This document shows positions 44,741 to 58,535 of a stretch of 64,000 bases of DNA, in pieces. A program made the translations under genes and the position numbers. Positions within the stretch are counted from its first letter, which is position 1, and each line of letters opens with the position of its first letter. The notes below the pieces were generated by a model, which saw only the letters and a program-made list of their open reading frames with translations, made no database searches and had not been told where the DNA came from. Origin of the DNA: the human T2T-CHM13v2.0 reference genome, Homo sapiens; assembly GCA_009914755.4 (NCBI GenBank), contig CP068257.2:20864001-20928000 (forward strand). The letters are read 5' to 3'.

Positions 44741-45289
44741 TCTTTTATAGTATGTTTAATTCCTTAGTTATTACTCTTTGAAAACTAGATTTTTCCTCAA
44801 TGATTTCAGAGAAATATGTATGTAATAGGAATTCTAACATTAAATATTGCCCATTATACTATTAATATATATGAATGAGGTTTGCAAACCTGGATAATTA
44901 TTTCAGCCAAGATAAATGTACTTAAAACACAAATTAATAGCTTTACCAGAATAAAATATTAAAATGATGTGCACTATTTATTATAATCTTTATTAAAGGC
45001 TACACATGTGCATGCATCTCCATAGTTTAATGCCTTCTCTGTTCTTTTTACCGTATGTATGTTTTCACACTCATTGTTTGTGTACTTCTAAATAAATCAA
45101 CCATCTGTAATATTTAAGACTCTTTATTTTTACTGAGGACCAAATATAAAATTCATCTCTCAGAGGCTTCCATTCAGGGTAAAGTGCTAGATAAATTAGC
45201 CAGCAGACAACAAAAAGCCAGCAGATTTTTTTAAGTCTGTTTCTTTGCTCAACACCTATGAAATGTCCTAAAGATAATTTTGAAATTCA

Positions 45290-45480
45290 GTAAACATGCT
45301 TGGTACAATTCTTATTTTTCTCTTATATTTATATATTTAAAATTAAAGTTTTAAATATTTAAATATTAAATATTAATAATTTTAGATATTATTTAAATAT
45401 TTGTATTTAAATATTTAAATAAATATTATTTAAATATAAATATATAATATTTACATATTATATATTTATAGTGAAATTTC
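45290..45480. repeat. AT-rich low-complexity tandem array (aaatatttaaat-like units)
   Basis: tatatttaaaattaaagttttaaatatttaaatattaaatattaataattttagatattatttaaatatttgtatttaaatatttaaataaatattatttaaatataaatatataatatttacatattatatattta. Confidence 0.8.
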
Positions 45481-45711
45481 AAATTCAGCATTTAAGAAAT
45501 TATTTTAGTAAACATAATTTTAGGTTTACTTTGGTTAGAGTTAATTTCTGGAGACTGGAGAGCATCAGTGAGGTGAGGAGGGTCTTTTAGAAATGAAGAT
45601 TTTCATGCAGTGGGACTAGTAGAAAATGATTCATGGAAGTATGGAATCACTTGAAATCTTCAGGAAATTGTTATGCACCTGGGTTATATCAAGGGATGGG
45701 TTTTTGTGGGG

Positions 45712-46023
45712 TTTTTTTTTTGTTGTTTGTTTGTTTGTTTTTTGAGATGGAGTCTTGCTCTGTTGCCCAGGCTGGAGCGCAATGTCACGATCTTGGCTCA
45801 CTGCAACCTCCGTCACCCAGGGTCAATCAATTCTCCTGCCTCAGCCTCCCAAGTAGCTTGGATTACAGGTGCATACCACTATGCCCAGCTAATTTTTGTA
45901 TTTTTAGTAGAGATGGGATTTCACCATGTTGGTCAGGCTGGTCTCGAACTCATGACCTTGTGATCTGCCCACCTTGGCCTCCCAAAGTGCTGGGATTACA
46001 GGTGTGAGCCACCACACCCGCCC
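45712..46023 (-). mobile_element. Alu antisense
   Basis: T-rich tail + gagatggagtcttgctctgttgcccaggctggagcgcaatgtcacgatcttggctcactgcaacc…gtgtgagccaccacacccgccc. Confidence 0.95.
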
Positions 46024-46630
46024 AAGATGTGTTTTAAAAGTGAGGAATGGGTCAGATTATGGAAGGATATGTTTGATTTTTTTCTAAGAGTTATTAGAAA
46101 AAAAACATAATTTTTATTAATGGTAAATTGTACTTGCCTAATTTAATCAATTTATTTCAATATTTAGGGGTAACAAGTTTCCACTGATGTAGTGAAATGA
46201 TTAGGGGAGTATGGACTATCATCAGCACAAAAGTCAAAGGGCCACTACAATAATCCAGGTAAGAAGTTTTGATGATTTAAAGAAAGGGCATGCCACTGGG
46301 AAATAGAGACACACACAAGATAGATATTCAGAAGATGGGCTCTGTTAATTGATGATGTATTTCAATGTAACAGGGTAATAAAGAGAGAAAACCATGTGGA
46401 CGTTTATTCTTCCTTAACCCTAAATTTAACGTACATCTAATAGTGAAGAGATTGTATTAAAATCTGATTTTACAGGTATGGAATTGGGCTTGATATTCTA
46501 CATTTCTCGCAAGCTCCCAGGTTAGGCTTATGCTGGCAGCACTCAAAATACATTTTGAGTAACACAGTACTAAGTTTCTTAAGGTTTCATGATTAAAAAT
46601 GGCAGGAAAGATTAAGACAAAACATGTAGT

Positions 46631-46670
46631 ACACACACACACACACACACATACACACTCATACACACAC
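46631..46670. repeat. (CA)n microsatellite
   Basis: acacacacacacacacacacatacacactcatacacacac. Confidence 0.9.
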
Positions 46671-47229
46671 TAATATGAAGGGAAGGGTACAAGTAAAGTT
46701 GATGAAAATATAGACAGAATATACCACCATCACAAAAAGGAAAGTTGACAGTGATAAAGTTATAGTTATTTGTATCTGGAGAGGAAGAATTTTCAGAGGG
46801 TCCTAATAATCAAAGAATAATTTCTGAGCTAATTTAATAATATACAGTCTATTTTAGTATTTCCTGGACCTTTGATTCAAGAAAATTAAGTGCTTAGTGA
46901 CCTCTATGACAGAAAAGGAACAGGTTGATATTAGGAGATATATTAAAAGGAGAGAAAAAAATTATATGGCAAATGGCATTCACATTTTAACACTTTTCTA
47001 CCTTACTTCCTCATTTCATATAAAGTAGAATTCAAATAAAAGTACAAACATCATGGTAAAATTGAGATGTTTATGAGGAATTACTTAAACTTTTATTCTT
47101 TGAGGAGAATGGAAAAAAAAACATTGACTAAGAGCTCTATAAATGTTACTAGAAAGCATTGACAAGTATGGCTGAGTCGTACTCAACATGTAGTAGTTCG
47201 AATATGGATAGCTGTTTAAGTTTTCTCCC

Positions 47230-47320
47230 ATTTTATCTTTTATCTATCTTTCTTTTATTTACTGTACATTTTATCTTTTATCTATCTTTCTTTTATTTAC
47301 TCTACTTTCATTTATTTACT
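47230..47320. repeat. 34-bp unit tandem duplication (period 38) x2 plus partial
   Basis: attttatcttttatctatctttcttttatttact x2. Confidence 0.7.
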
Positions 47321-48211
47321 CTTCCTTTAGAAGAGTACTTTTCTATGTGCTAATTAAACTTTTCCGTGTTTCAAATATGTTTTCTATATGATCTGCTAAT
47401 TTCTGATATAACTCCCTGTTTATTAGGTATAATTACAGAAAGGAATGTCTTTTCCTGGAAACCATTAAACTGAAGCCAAGATTGCCTGTTATTCTCTGCT
47501 GGAATTTCTAATATGTCAGTTAAGAAAGCTGGTTGGAAGTAAGAGAGAATGGAGCCAGCATGCAGAGAAAAGTAGGCAGATGAGATAAAGAAACAAACCG
47601 TTGAAATTGGAGTCTCTAGTTCTAAATGATTTTGCCACTCATTGGCTTTTCAGATGTCCAAGAGTTTTGATCATCCAATACTCCACACATACTTTGGGCA
47701 TATAATCACTGCCTCTTAGAGTCTAAAGCAGGGCTGGAAAGAATTTCCTTCGTCATAAAAAAGTATGACAAATTCATTCTCAAAATAATGTTATTAAGAG
47801 TAAAATATAAAAAAAGGAAGAAACATTTTCCATTTCTTTCCTATTCTGAATTTTGTAATAGCTACTACTCTGTAGGGTTCAATAAAGTTCATTTTCATGT
47901 CATACAAACTTTATTGATTCAGTTCAGCTTCGCGAGTTTGCACTGAAGTATTGCTCACCCTAAAATAATGCTAATCAAGTAATTCTACGACATCTATATA
48001 ACCTTGCAGTAAAAGGCGCACCAGTGTAAAGGTGGGTGAATTACAGTCTATTTGATGCTTGATTTACTCTTCAACTGTCTCCAGTAATGAAATATAGCAG
48101 CCAGGAACTAAAGCTTGGGTGAGTTTCTAACAGATTAGAGTTATTTGGTGAAGAGGGTAGATCTCTGGGGAAATACTAGGAATAAATATGGTTATTTAAA
48201 AATTCTCTCGC

Positions 48212-48235
48212 TTTTTTTTTTTTTTTTTTTTTTTT
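48212..48235. repeat. (T)24 mononucleotide tract, not attached to a recognisable Alu
   Basis: ctcgc(T)24aggatctgg. Confidence 0.9.
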
Positions 48236-48888
48236 AGGATCTGGTCTATATTTGCGTTTGCTTCAGACCAAAGTAAGTTGGAAGTTGACACAATTACATA
48301 TATTTATCTTTCTTTCCTAATCGATTTAGGATATCAGAATCATTTCATTGATGCTAATATAGGAGAGGTTAATACTCAAAAATCTTTACTGAAGTAAAAG
48401 TAAAAGGAATGGCTGAAAATCAGCTGACAGCCAGTTTCTACATGTTTCACCTCGACTTAACATTCAGACATTGTTCAGATCCCCTGAAGTTACTTATGTT
48501 CTGAATATTTACTAAAGTGCTGGACTGGCTATTATGTTTTTAAAGAAGAAAAATGATGTAGATTATTATAAAAGAAGGAAGCTTCTTTCTCTAAAGATCA
48601 AGTTTTAAAAATTTAGGAGTGGTGGAAGTTTCTAACATATTTCCGTAGTGATATACCACTAGGATAAAACCATTATTATAATATTCAACCAGCACCTTTA
48701 GATATATCATTTTACTTATGAACCTTAGTGAATCAATACTTGTTTTTCACAAAAGAGGTACTTAAACCTTAATCAATACAAAATCTGATATTTATATTTG
48801 TTTATCCAGCAAAGTATTGTGGTAGAATATTTTCCTTAAAATGGAACATGGAATCCAATACTCCAATCATATGTGGAAAAATGAGGCT

Positions 48889-48977
48889 ATGTGTATGTGT
48901 ATATATATATATATATGTATATATATATGTATATATATACAAGCATATGTATATATACACACATATATGTATATATA
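48889..48977. repeat. (TG)n/(TA)n compound microsatellite
   Basis: gtgtatgtgtatatatatatatatatgtatatatatatgtatatatatac…gtatatata. Confidence 0.9.
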
Positions 48978-51297
48978 ATTTTGTTATGCAAAGAAAAAAG
49001 AATAATTCTTTTTATGAATATTTATGTAATGTAAAACCCAAAGACTATCTTTTCTCTTGTCAAATATATAAATTTAGGTCTGGTTTTTATACTATATCTA
49101 TAAAGTTCATCATCATATACATGGTGTAATTTGGAATTTATTAATATTTTGATGAATAATATACCAATCAAAAGACAAGACATAATTTAAACATGTATTA
49201 AAAGTTTAAAAATTGAAGGAATTTCAACTTTTAATAAATTTGTGGTTCTGTTAGGTATTAGACAACATAACATCATGTATCTACAATATATAGATATTGC
49301 TATAATCTATGATTCATCCTGCAACAAAAAAGTAACATAAATGAAAAAGATGAAATGTATTTAATATGAATTAGTTTTTTAAAAAACCTGGCAAAAATTT
49401 AAGAGATAAATAATAAGAAGATATTTAGGATCATAATTGCACTCTTAAGTAACAACTATAAGATATTGGACATATTATTTGGTCTGATATCCCATCTCCC
49501 TTCCTTTGATAATATTGCCCACGATTTTGCTAGAAATTCTGTCAAATTATTGCCACTATGCATTTTTCTTTTTATATTAACAAAAAAGCAGATGAAATAT
49601 GTCTTTTTTAAAAAGTAGTTCACAAACATTTTATTAACTTGATATCTTCATTTCTGCTTCCTTAGATATCATTGAAATTATGGTTACATGTAATTAGTGA
49701 TTCTACTTTTGAATTATTAAAATTAATAATTTAAAGTTAATATTTTGCTACTAAATTAGCTTTGCCTTAATTTGGAATAGTTCTCAATTGTAAGATTTGT
49801 TTCCATTCAAAGTCCAGATTTCACAATCCCTATTGGCCAATTTGGTCATGTAAATAAATATTTTATTAATAGTGATCTTGATTTAAAAAAGCACATATAA
49901 ATACTTTGTAACTAAAATATAATCTGAATAAATTAAAAATCCTGTAACAAAAATTATTCTTTTTACTTACCCAAGTAACAGATCTATGGCAATACTGATT
50001 TGTCTAAACATTTCAGAATCAACCTGTTTATGTGAATTTTTGGTTCATTCAATCAAATATCTACATTGACAATTTGTTATTTGATTAATTGTTTTGATAA
50101 ATAAGACAATGAAACAGATTATGGATACTCATATAGAAACAATTGTACATCTAGCTAAATTATTTAACTTTACAATTTATCTCAAAAATTCTTCCATAAA
50201 CAAATTCAACAGGATATTCATCAAAAATAAAAACTACTGAAATATGAATACAAACAAAAACATGAATCACGAAATAATTATGCTGAGTGAAAAAAATCTG
50301 TGTAAAAAGGAATACATATTGTATGAAAATTCAAACTGATCTTTGGTAGCCAAAATTATACCAGTAGTTATATAAAGTACAAGGCACCATGAGATAACTT
50401 TTGTATGTGATAGCCATATGTTTATTTATTATGTTTACTTCTTCATTCTGGTGATGGGTTTATAGGTGTATAGATACTTGTTTCTATTTCTTAACATTTT
50501 TTAAGTTCAGGGGTACATGTGCAGATTTGTTACATAGATAAACGCATGTCACAGGTGTTAGTTATACAGATTATTTTGCCATGCAGTTATTAAGCCTAGT
50601 ACCCATTAGTTATTTTTCTTGATCCCCTCCCTCCTCCCAACTCTTCACTTTCAGATAGAACCCAGTGTCTGTTGTTCCCCTGTAAATGTCCATGTGTTCT
50701 TATCATTTAGCACTCACTTATACGTTCTCACTTGTTTTTCTGTTACTGTGTTAGTTTGCTAATGTAGAAATAATGGATGATGGCCTCCAGCTTCACCTAC
50801 GCTCCTGCAAAGGACATGGTCTCATTCTTTTTTATGAACATATGGTTGTATAGTATTCCATCGCACATGTGCAGCACATTTTTAAAATCTAGTCTACCAC
50901 TGATGGGCATTTAGATGGATTCCATGTCTTTTCTATTGTGAATAGTGCTGCAATAAACACGTGTGCATGTGTCTTTATGATACAATGATATATATTCCTT
51001 TGGGTATATACCCAGTAATGGGATTGCTGGGTCAAATAAAATTTCTGTTTTCAGCTCTTTGAAAAATGGCCACACTGCTTTCCACAATGGTGGAACTAAT
51101 TTACACTCCTACAAACAGTGTATAAATGTTCTCTTTCTCTGCAACCTTGCCAGCACGTTATTTTTTGGCTTTTTAGTAATAACCATTCTGACTGGTGTGA
51201 GATAGTATTTCATAGTGGTTTTGATTTGCATTTCTCTATTGATCAGTGATAGCAAGCATTTTTTTATGCTTGTTGGTCTCATGTATGTCTTATTTTA

Positions 51298-51609
51298 TTT
51301 CTTTTCTTTTTTTTTTTTTTTTTTTTGAGACAGAGCCTTGCTCTTTTGCCCAGGCTGGAGTGAAGTGGTGCAATCTCGGCTCACTGCAGCCCTCTGCCTC
51401 CCAGGTTCCAGAGATTCTCCTGCCTCAGGCTCCTGGCTAGCTGAAATTACAGGTACATGCCACCACGTCTGGCTAATGTTTGTATTTTTAGTAGAGATGG
51501 GGTTTCACCATGTTGGCCAGGCTGGTCTCGAACTCCTGACCTCAGGTGATCGGCCCGCCTTGGTCTCCCAAAGTGCTGGGATTAAAGGCGTGAGCCACCG
51601 CACCTGGCT
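51298..51609 (-). mobile_element. Alu antisense nested in L1; 14-bp TSD gtatgtcttatttt
   Basis: (T)n gagacagagccttgctcttttgcccaggctggagtgaagtggtgcaatctcggctcactgcagcc…ggcgtgagccaccgcacctggct; TSD 51284-51297 and 51610-51623. Confidence 0.95.
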
Positions 51610-52425
51610 GTATGTCTTATTTTCAAAAGTGTCTGTTAATGTCTTTTGCCCACTTTTCAATGGGATTGTTTGGCTTTTGCTTATAAATTTGTTTAAGCTC
51701 CTTATAGATGCTAGATATTAGATCTTTGTCAGATATAGTTTGCAAAAATGTTCTCCTATTCTGTAGGCTGTCTGTTTACTATCTATTCTCTTTCATTGGT
51801 ATATATGTCAGGTTTTGTACAATATCATGCTATTTTGGTGACTGTAGCCCCGTAGTATAGTTTGAAATTTGGTAGCAAATTGTTCTTTTTGTTAGGTTGC
51901 TTTTTTCTTTTTGCTTCGGTTTGCCTTGGCTATTTTGGCTCTTTTTTGGTTCCATATAAATTTTGAAATAGAATTTTCTAGTTATGTGAAGAATGTCACT
52001 GGTAGTTTGATAGGATAGTATTGAATCTGTAAATTGCTCCGGGGGCAGTATGGCCATTTTAATAATATTTATTCTTACTATTCATGATCATGGAATGTTT
52101 TTCCATTTGTTTGCATTATCTCTGTTTGTTTGTACAGTGTTTTGTAGTTGTCACTGTATAGACCTTTAATCTCCCTGGTTATCTGTATTCCTAGGTATTT
52201 TATTCTTTTTGTGGCAACTGTGAACGGGATTGCCTTCCTGATTTGGCTCTCGGCTTGACTGTTGTTGGTGTATGGGAATTCTAGTGAGTTTTGTACATTG
52301 ATTTTATTTCTTGAAACTTTGCTGAAGTTGTTTATCAGCTGAAAGAACTTTTGTGACAAGACTATGGGGTTTCCTAGATTTAGAATCATGTCATCTGCAA
52401 ACCGAGATAGTTTGGCTTCCTATCC

Positions 52426-52727
52426 TTTTTTTTTTTTTTTTTTTGAGACAGAGTCTTGCTCTGTCACCCAGGCTGGAGTGCAGTGGTATGATCTCGGCTT
52501 ACTGCAAGCTCCGCCTCCTGGGTTCACGCCATTCTCCTGCCTCAGCCTCCTGAGTAGCTGGGACTACAGGCACCCGCCACCACGCCCAGCTAATTTTTTG
52601 TATTTTTAGTAGAGACAGGGTTTCACTGTGTTAGCCAGGATGGTCTCAATCTCCTGACCTTGTGATCCGCCTGCCTCAACCTCCCAAAGTGCTGGGATTA
52701 CAGGCGTGAGCCACCACACCCGGCCTC
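52426..52727 (-). mobile_element. AluY-like antisense nested in L1; TSD gcttcctatc(c)
   Basis: (T)n gagacagagtcttgctctgtcacccaggctggagtgcagtggtatgatctcggcttactgcaagctccgcctcctgggttcacgccattctcctgcc…ggcgtgagccaccacacccggcc. Confidence 0.95.
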
Positions 52728-54026
52728 GCTTCCTATCTTCTTTTGGATGTACTTTTTTCTTTCTCTTGCCTGTTTGCTGTGGTTACGATGTCCAATACTA
52801 TTTTGAATATGTGTGGTGAGAGAGGGCATCCTTGTCTTGTGTTGGTTATCAAGGGGAAAGCTTCCGGATTTTTCTCTTTCAGTATAATGTTGGCTATGGG
52901 TTTGTCACAGATGGTTCTTATTATTTTGAGGTGTTTCTTCAATATCCAGTTTACTGAGAGTTTTTTTTAACATAAAGGGGTATTGAATTTTATTGAAAGA
53001 CTTTTCTGCATCTACTGATATAATCATGGGTTTTTAAAATTTATTTCTCTTTAAGTGATGAATCACATTTATTTATTTGCATATTTAAATCAACTTTGCA
53101 TCCCAGGGATGAAGTCTACTTATCTACAAATGACTCATTTGGAGATATTTTTTATTGACATATTTTTTTCCAAAATATTTTACTTCCATGGTTTCTCAAT
53201 GTCCAGTAGTATGTGTTAAAACTTGGGAAGAGTGTACAATTAGTTGGAGTCACTCTAGATTTTATTTTGTTCTTCTAATGGTTCTTTCATTTATTTTTAG
53301 ATGTTTCATATTAAGAAGTCATTAACTTGACTGCAGTTACTCTTTCTCCTGCATGGTGAGCAATCATTGATTTATCTGCTCAGCTTCTCTGTCTGTTTGC
53401 ATATATGTATATACCTATCTTCGATTGTTAATCTATCTGCCTGAGTCCCTAGAGGTTGTATCTGGGCTTTTAGAGTTTCACTATTATTCCATGATTATGT
53501 ACAAGCACCTCAAACTATTTTGGCTACAGCACTCTGTCTCTCCAACTGTGAATGAGTTGAGAAACATATTCAAAGTGTCAACAACTTCACAAGTATCCCC
53601 AAGCCTTATTATTTCCCTCGTCTTTCTGGACTCTCCCATGAACATGAAACATGTATAAGTACGTCAGAGATTACTCAAACCATTGTTTAACGCTCTCTCA
53701 ACTTCCAAAATCTACTTTTTAAATTTCTACCTGCTCTGCTATTACTTGAACCTGGCTAGTAAAATTTTCACCACTCTATCTGGGGAAGGAAATTAGAATA
53801 ACCCTAGGGAAGAAGGCAACAAATTTGCCATACTTACCAGGGACAGTGAAAGTTTTTCATGAATAAATGTCTTCTGTTACCTAGTGCAACGAAATGATTG
53901 TTTCATATGTACTCCAATTTTATATGGATTTTCTGTATAAATTGTCTGACCTCTTCATGCCACCATTCCCAGAAATAAAGCTTCAAGAAACATTACTTTT
54001 ACAAACATATTAGTAGAAATAGTGTA

Positions 54027-54526
54027 TGTGATAGCAGCAGGAGGCAGGCAAATCCTAGGCAGACAGGGGCGGGTGCCCAGTGAAACCGACCTTCAAGCCG
54101 AAGACAGTTTAAAGCTTGAAAACCAAGCTACAAGTCTCAGATAAATCTGTTGACCAGATTGAGAACCTCTCTTCCTGTTTGGTGTGCTTTCCTCTCATTG
54201 ATGCCCACCCTTCACCTATTTTACGTATACCTAGGCTTCCCAATTGGTTTTTGCCCTGTTGTGCCCATCTTTTGAGTGGTGCTTTTTTCTAACCTTTTTT
54301 GCATATTTGCAGCACACAATTCCCCATTCTAAGCCCATAAACCCCAAATCAGACACACTGGGAGATTACCTGACTTCCCATAGGGGGCTGCCCTCTTTAA
54401 GTCCCCTCTCTGCTGAGAACTGTCACTCAATAAAACTCTTCGCCTTGCTCACCCTTCAGCTGTCAGTGTAACCTCATTCTTCTTAGACGCAGGACAAGAA
54501 CCCAGGACCTGCGGAACACGAGTACA
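54027..54526 (+). mobile_element. LTR, class I ERV, MER41-like (family tentative); same family as 9068-9662
   Basis: tgtgatagcagcaggaggcaggcaaatcctaggcagacagggg…ccataaaccccaaatcagacacactgggag…ctctctgctgagaactgtcactcaataaaactcttcgccttgctcaccc…gacgcaggacaagaacccaggacctgcggaacacg (cf. MER41 terminus …gagaccaagaacccaccaattccggacaca). Confidence 0.55.
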
Positions 54527-55130
54527 AAAAATGCTGAAACACTGTAGTCCTCCACCCTCTGGCAGCACCAGGCAGCTGCCCCAGAAGACAGGCAATGCCA
54601 GGGCTGGGCCAGCCCAAAAGCCATGGGCTAGAGGGGGGTGGTGGGAAGGAGAGAAGAGTTATGACCCTTCTGGGGTCCTAGACCTCGGGGATCCCTGAGC
54701 GAGAGCTGTAACACTCTGTAACACACCCCTTGGGGCTCCAGGGCCACTGGCATCTCCAAATTTGGGGGGCGCCACCATGTTCCTCTCATCTAGACACGGA
54801 CACCCAAGGCAGAAGCAACTTGTAGTATGCCTGGTCCAGCCGCAGCCTCAGGCAGCGCCGGCACCTGTGTGGCCACCTGGAGCTCCCCGCCCTGCAGCAG
54901 CAGCCAGTGCTGACACATCCCTCGCCACTCCGCACCTGGCTCGCCTTTGGTGGGTGTGAGATCCAGGCCGGGGCGCAAGCCATGCTCAGCGGACTGGGCT
55001 GAGTGGGCAGGATATCTCCAGAGGCAATCCCGGAGCCAACAGAGGCCTTGGGCAGGGGCATTTCCAGCCGCAGAGGTCTCCGGCTGGAGAAGAAGAACTG
55101 AAAAATTCCTGCATTATATGTATACTGGAA
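54527..55130. other. Unclassified GC/CpG-rich ~600-bp block (possible ERV internal/leader or another LTR); stop-poor on both strands
   Basis: ~15 CpG in 54780-55080 (…gcagcgccggcacctgtgtggccacc…ggccggggcgcaagccatgctcagcggactgg…cccggagcc…agccgcagaggtctccggctgg…); motif gagctgtaacactctgtaacac resembles MER41-type gagctgtaacactcac; ORFs 54762-54959(+), 54786-55061(-), 54790-54978(-), 54947-55147(+) overlap each other. Confidence 0.4.
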
Positions 55131-55171
55131 ATTTGGTAAGAGAGTAGATCTTAAGTGTTCTCACCATGCAC

Positions 55172-55206
<35 letters not shown>

Positions 55207-55365
55207 CGATAGAAAGTCATCCATGTGAAGTGATGAATGTGTTACCTACCTAGATTGCGGTAATAATTTCACAATGTATACATATATCAAATCATCACAT
55301 TATATACCTTAAACATATACAGCTTTATTTGGCAATTATACCTCACTAAAGCTTTGAAAATATTT
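55100..55365 (+). mobile_element. L1 3'UTR terminal fragment (older L1 type) including internal (CA)n
   Basis: …atgtatactggaaatttggtaagagagtagatcttaagtgttctcaccatg(ca)n…gatgaatgtgttacctacctagattgcggtaataatttcacaatgtatacatatatcaaatcatcacattatataccttaaacatatacagctttatttggcaattatacctcactaaagc ~ L1MA/L1PB 3' end …ttgaaatttgctaagagagtagatcttaaatgttctcaccac…. Confidence 0.75.
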
Positions 55366-55467
55366 TGCAGTTTATTCTCAAGGTTTGAAATATCAGGAAA
55401 AATTATCAAAATTATACTTGCTCCTTTCAAAGGATCTAACTATTCAAGTATCTATAACTTTCTCTAC

Positions 55468-55842
<375 letters not shown>

Positions 55843-56346
55843 TAAAATTTTTACGTTCATCTGCATCTGGCCTCTGTTGTGGAGGAAGTATAATACTCTT
55901 TGGAAGAACTAAAAAAGCATCAGAAACATTCAGGACCTTCCTGATGGTTGCATAACAGCAGGATTTTGAAGACTGGATTCCATCCCAAATCCTATTTTGA
56001 ACATCCTCAAAAGGATTGCCTTGCTACCACTAAAGCCATGACAATTTAGAACAGACAGTGACAAATCATTAACTGTCTTGTGATGATTACTCCAAAAGCC
56101 TTAGCATGGCCGGCAAAGTTCTACTCACTAAAACATTTCCACGGATATAAAAACGTCTGAAGGTTTTTAATAAAAGATAACAGAAATGTATATATTTTAA
56201 CAGGAAATTAATGATTATGTTGTGAGGGAATATATCCTAAAACGAAAGATAAGAAAGGATAATCAATCTAAGGAAAATTCGTATATCTGAGTAGTGACAG
56301 TGACTTGGTAATTGAAAAATAAAGGGTTAGGGCAATGCCACAGAAA

Positions 56347-56451
56347 TTTTTTTTTTTTTTTGAGATGGAGTCTCACTCTGTCGCCCAGGCTGGAGTGCAG
56401 TGGCGTGATCTCGGCTCACTGCAAGGTCCACCTCCTGGGTTCATGCCGTTC
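56347..56451 (-). mobile_element. Alu fragment (~105 bp, right-arm end only), abrupt junction
   Basis: (T)15 gagatggagtctcactctgtcgcccaggctggagtgcagtggcgtgatctcggctcactgcaaggtccacctcctgggttcatgccgttc then unrelated sequence accagagaaaaac…. Confidence 0.85.
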
Positions 56452-56917
56452 ACCAGAGAAAAACTTTATGTTAAGTTTCTGTGAATCTACTTTTACACTT
56501 AAGCTAACTGAAAATAGTTTCTTTAAAATGTATTTGTAGTGATTATGTCTTCATTAGTAATTTCAGCTGTATCTAAGTTTCTTATTGTGTTTTGGTTTAC
56601 TTCTTAGGAAAACAGCTACAGATTTCTACTCTCATCCAAAAGTCAGTCATTCACAGTATGTATGGTATTTCAAACTGGGCTTATCAAAATGCAAATTAAT
56701 GCAAGCCACACCCACAATCCTTTGCAGTTAAATGTTTCCTAAGAATGTCTACTTAATTATAATATTTTAGAAAGAAGTACTCATTTCTAATGTTAGAAAC
56801 CTAGAAGAAATGTACAGATATCTAGACACTTGGCTCAAATAATTCTCCAAATCCAAATAATTCTTAGGAGATGTTCTATTCATATTCTTTAAAAAATATG
56901 TTACCATTTTATTATAA

Positions 56918-57222
<305 letters not shown>

Positions 57223-58535
57223 AAAATTGTTTTTTCTATGATTTTCTCTATTATGTCTAATTTAAATAACTGTTTAGAGAACCATGAATCAATCTATCTT
57301 CCCTCTTGTGTTCTCCTTTTCTCTCGCTCTTTCCACCTTTTCATCTGTATTCCTCACACTCTCCCTTTCTAACAGCTGTAAAAAGTTTCCTTAAGTCTGG
57401 TCCATGAAAAAATGAATAATATCTCAAACTTTAGAAACAGTCACAATAATAGAACAATTCAAAAAATAGAAGGATGCTAATTAAAAGTAGCTTGTTAGAC
57501 ACTTGAGGAAAAGGACAAAAAGTAAATGGCTGATTTCCAAACAGTTTGTTTGACAAAGGAAAAAAAAAAAAGAGAGAAGAAGAAAAGGATTACATCTGTC
57601 CAACAAACCCTATTGTCTTCACTTTTACTAGCAGCGTTCAGCGTTATTGATTTTGACAAAAGGCTTTCCAAACTGAGTGAAATTGTTCAGTTTTCCTTTT
57701 AACCTTTGGAATTCAGTGTTTTCCCTTTATAGGTGTTCAGAATAGTTCTATCACAGACCTGTTGGCATGTAAAATTATTTCCAAGTGAACATCAACTAGA
57801 CTTATGTGGAATGTTCATATTCAGGCACATGCCCCATATCATTCCCCAAATCTAAAACATTTTTGTCAGATATTCTGGTCAGCTTATTAATCCTTTAATA
57901 TTTATATTCCAAAAAACTTGTCTAATAATATTTTCTTGTATTTAATAATCACAACAATCAAAAAGTTCTTATCCATGTCTATTTTCTGTTTAAAATGAAG
58001 TTCCTTTGGTCTTTTTCTCTGGCATATGTGCTCTATGATTCTAGTAGTTTCTCTAACATACGAGGAGTCACTCTTTAGGTTATTTTCTTTTAAACAGATT
58101 CACAATCTTTACCTTTTTATATACACACATATGCATTACAGAAATATTTACTTTTCTATAGAAATGTTGCAGAAAATCAAGAGGCAAACATTTTGCCTAC
58201 CATTTCCAGATAGTTTAGTTGGTTCCTGACGTTACAATATATGGTAAGATTGTATTGGAAGAAAAAAATCTACATAATGTTTTACAATAATTTTATGAGA
58301 AATTACTAATGAGAGCAGTGAGGAAGGAAAAATCCAAAAGTAGTTGGAAGAAAAAAATGTAAAAATAATCACAAGCATTTATCAGAAAAAAGTTCCTATT
58401 CAGTTCTGGAGAGTGCTGTATGGAAAAATAATTAACATTAACTTACTCTTTTCCCATTGCCTATAATAGGTCATCACAAGGCAGAAAATTTTGTCAAAAA
58501 CAAATTGTGAAATTGCTGACATTTTGGAATGCAAA

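Larger units (their letters stand above)
50497..53130 (-). mobile_element. Older LINE-1 (L1PA-late/L1PB-like), 3' ~2 kb, antisense, hosting two nested Alus
   Basis: ttttttaagttcaggggtacatgtgcagatttgttacatagataaacgcatgtcacag… (antisense 3' end) through ORF2 RT region …ggtgagagagggcatccttgtcttgtgttgg… and …gcatcccagggatgaagtctac; minus-strand ORFs 52078-52389 and 52733-52942 give L1 ORF2 peptides. Confidence 0.85.

Noticed and set aside
54762-55147. Overlapping 62-91-aa ORFs with alanine/proline/arginine-rich peptides
   Set aside because: The ORFs overlap on both strands in a CpG-rich block next to an LTR. There is no homology or coding signature. It is reported as an unclassified GC-rich element rather than a CDS.
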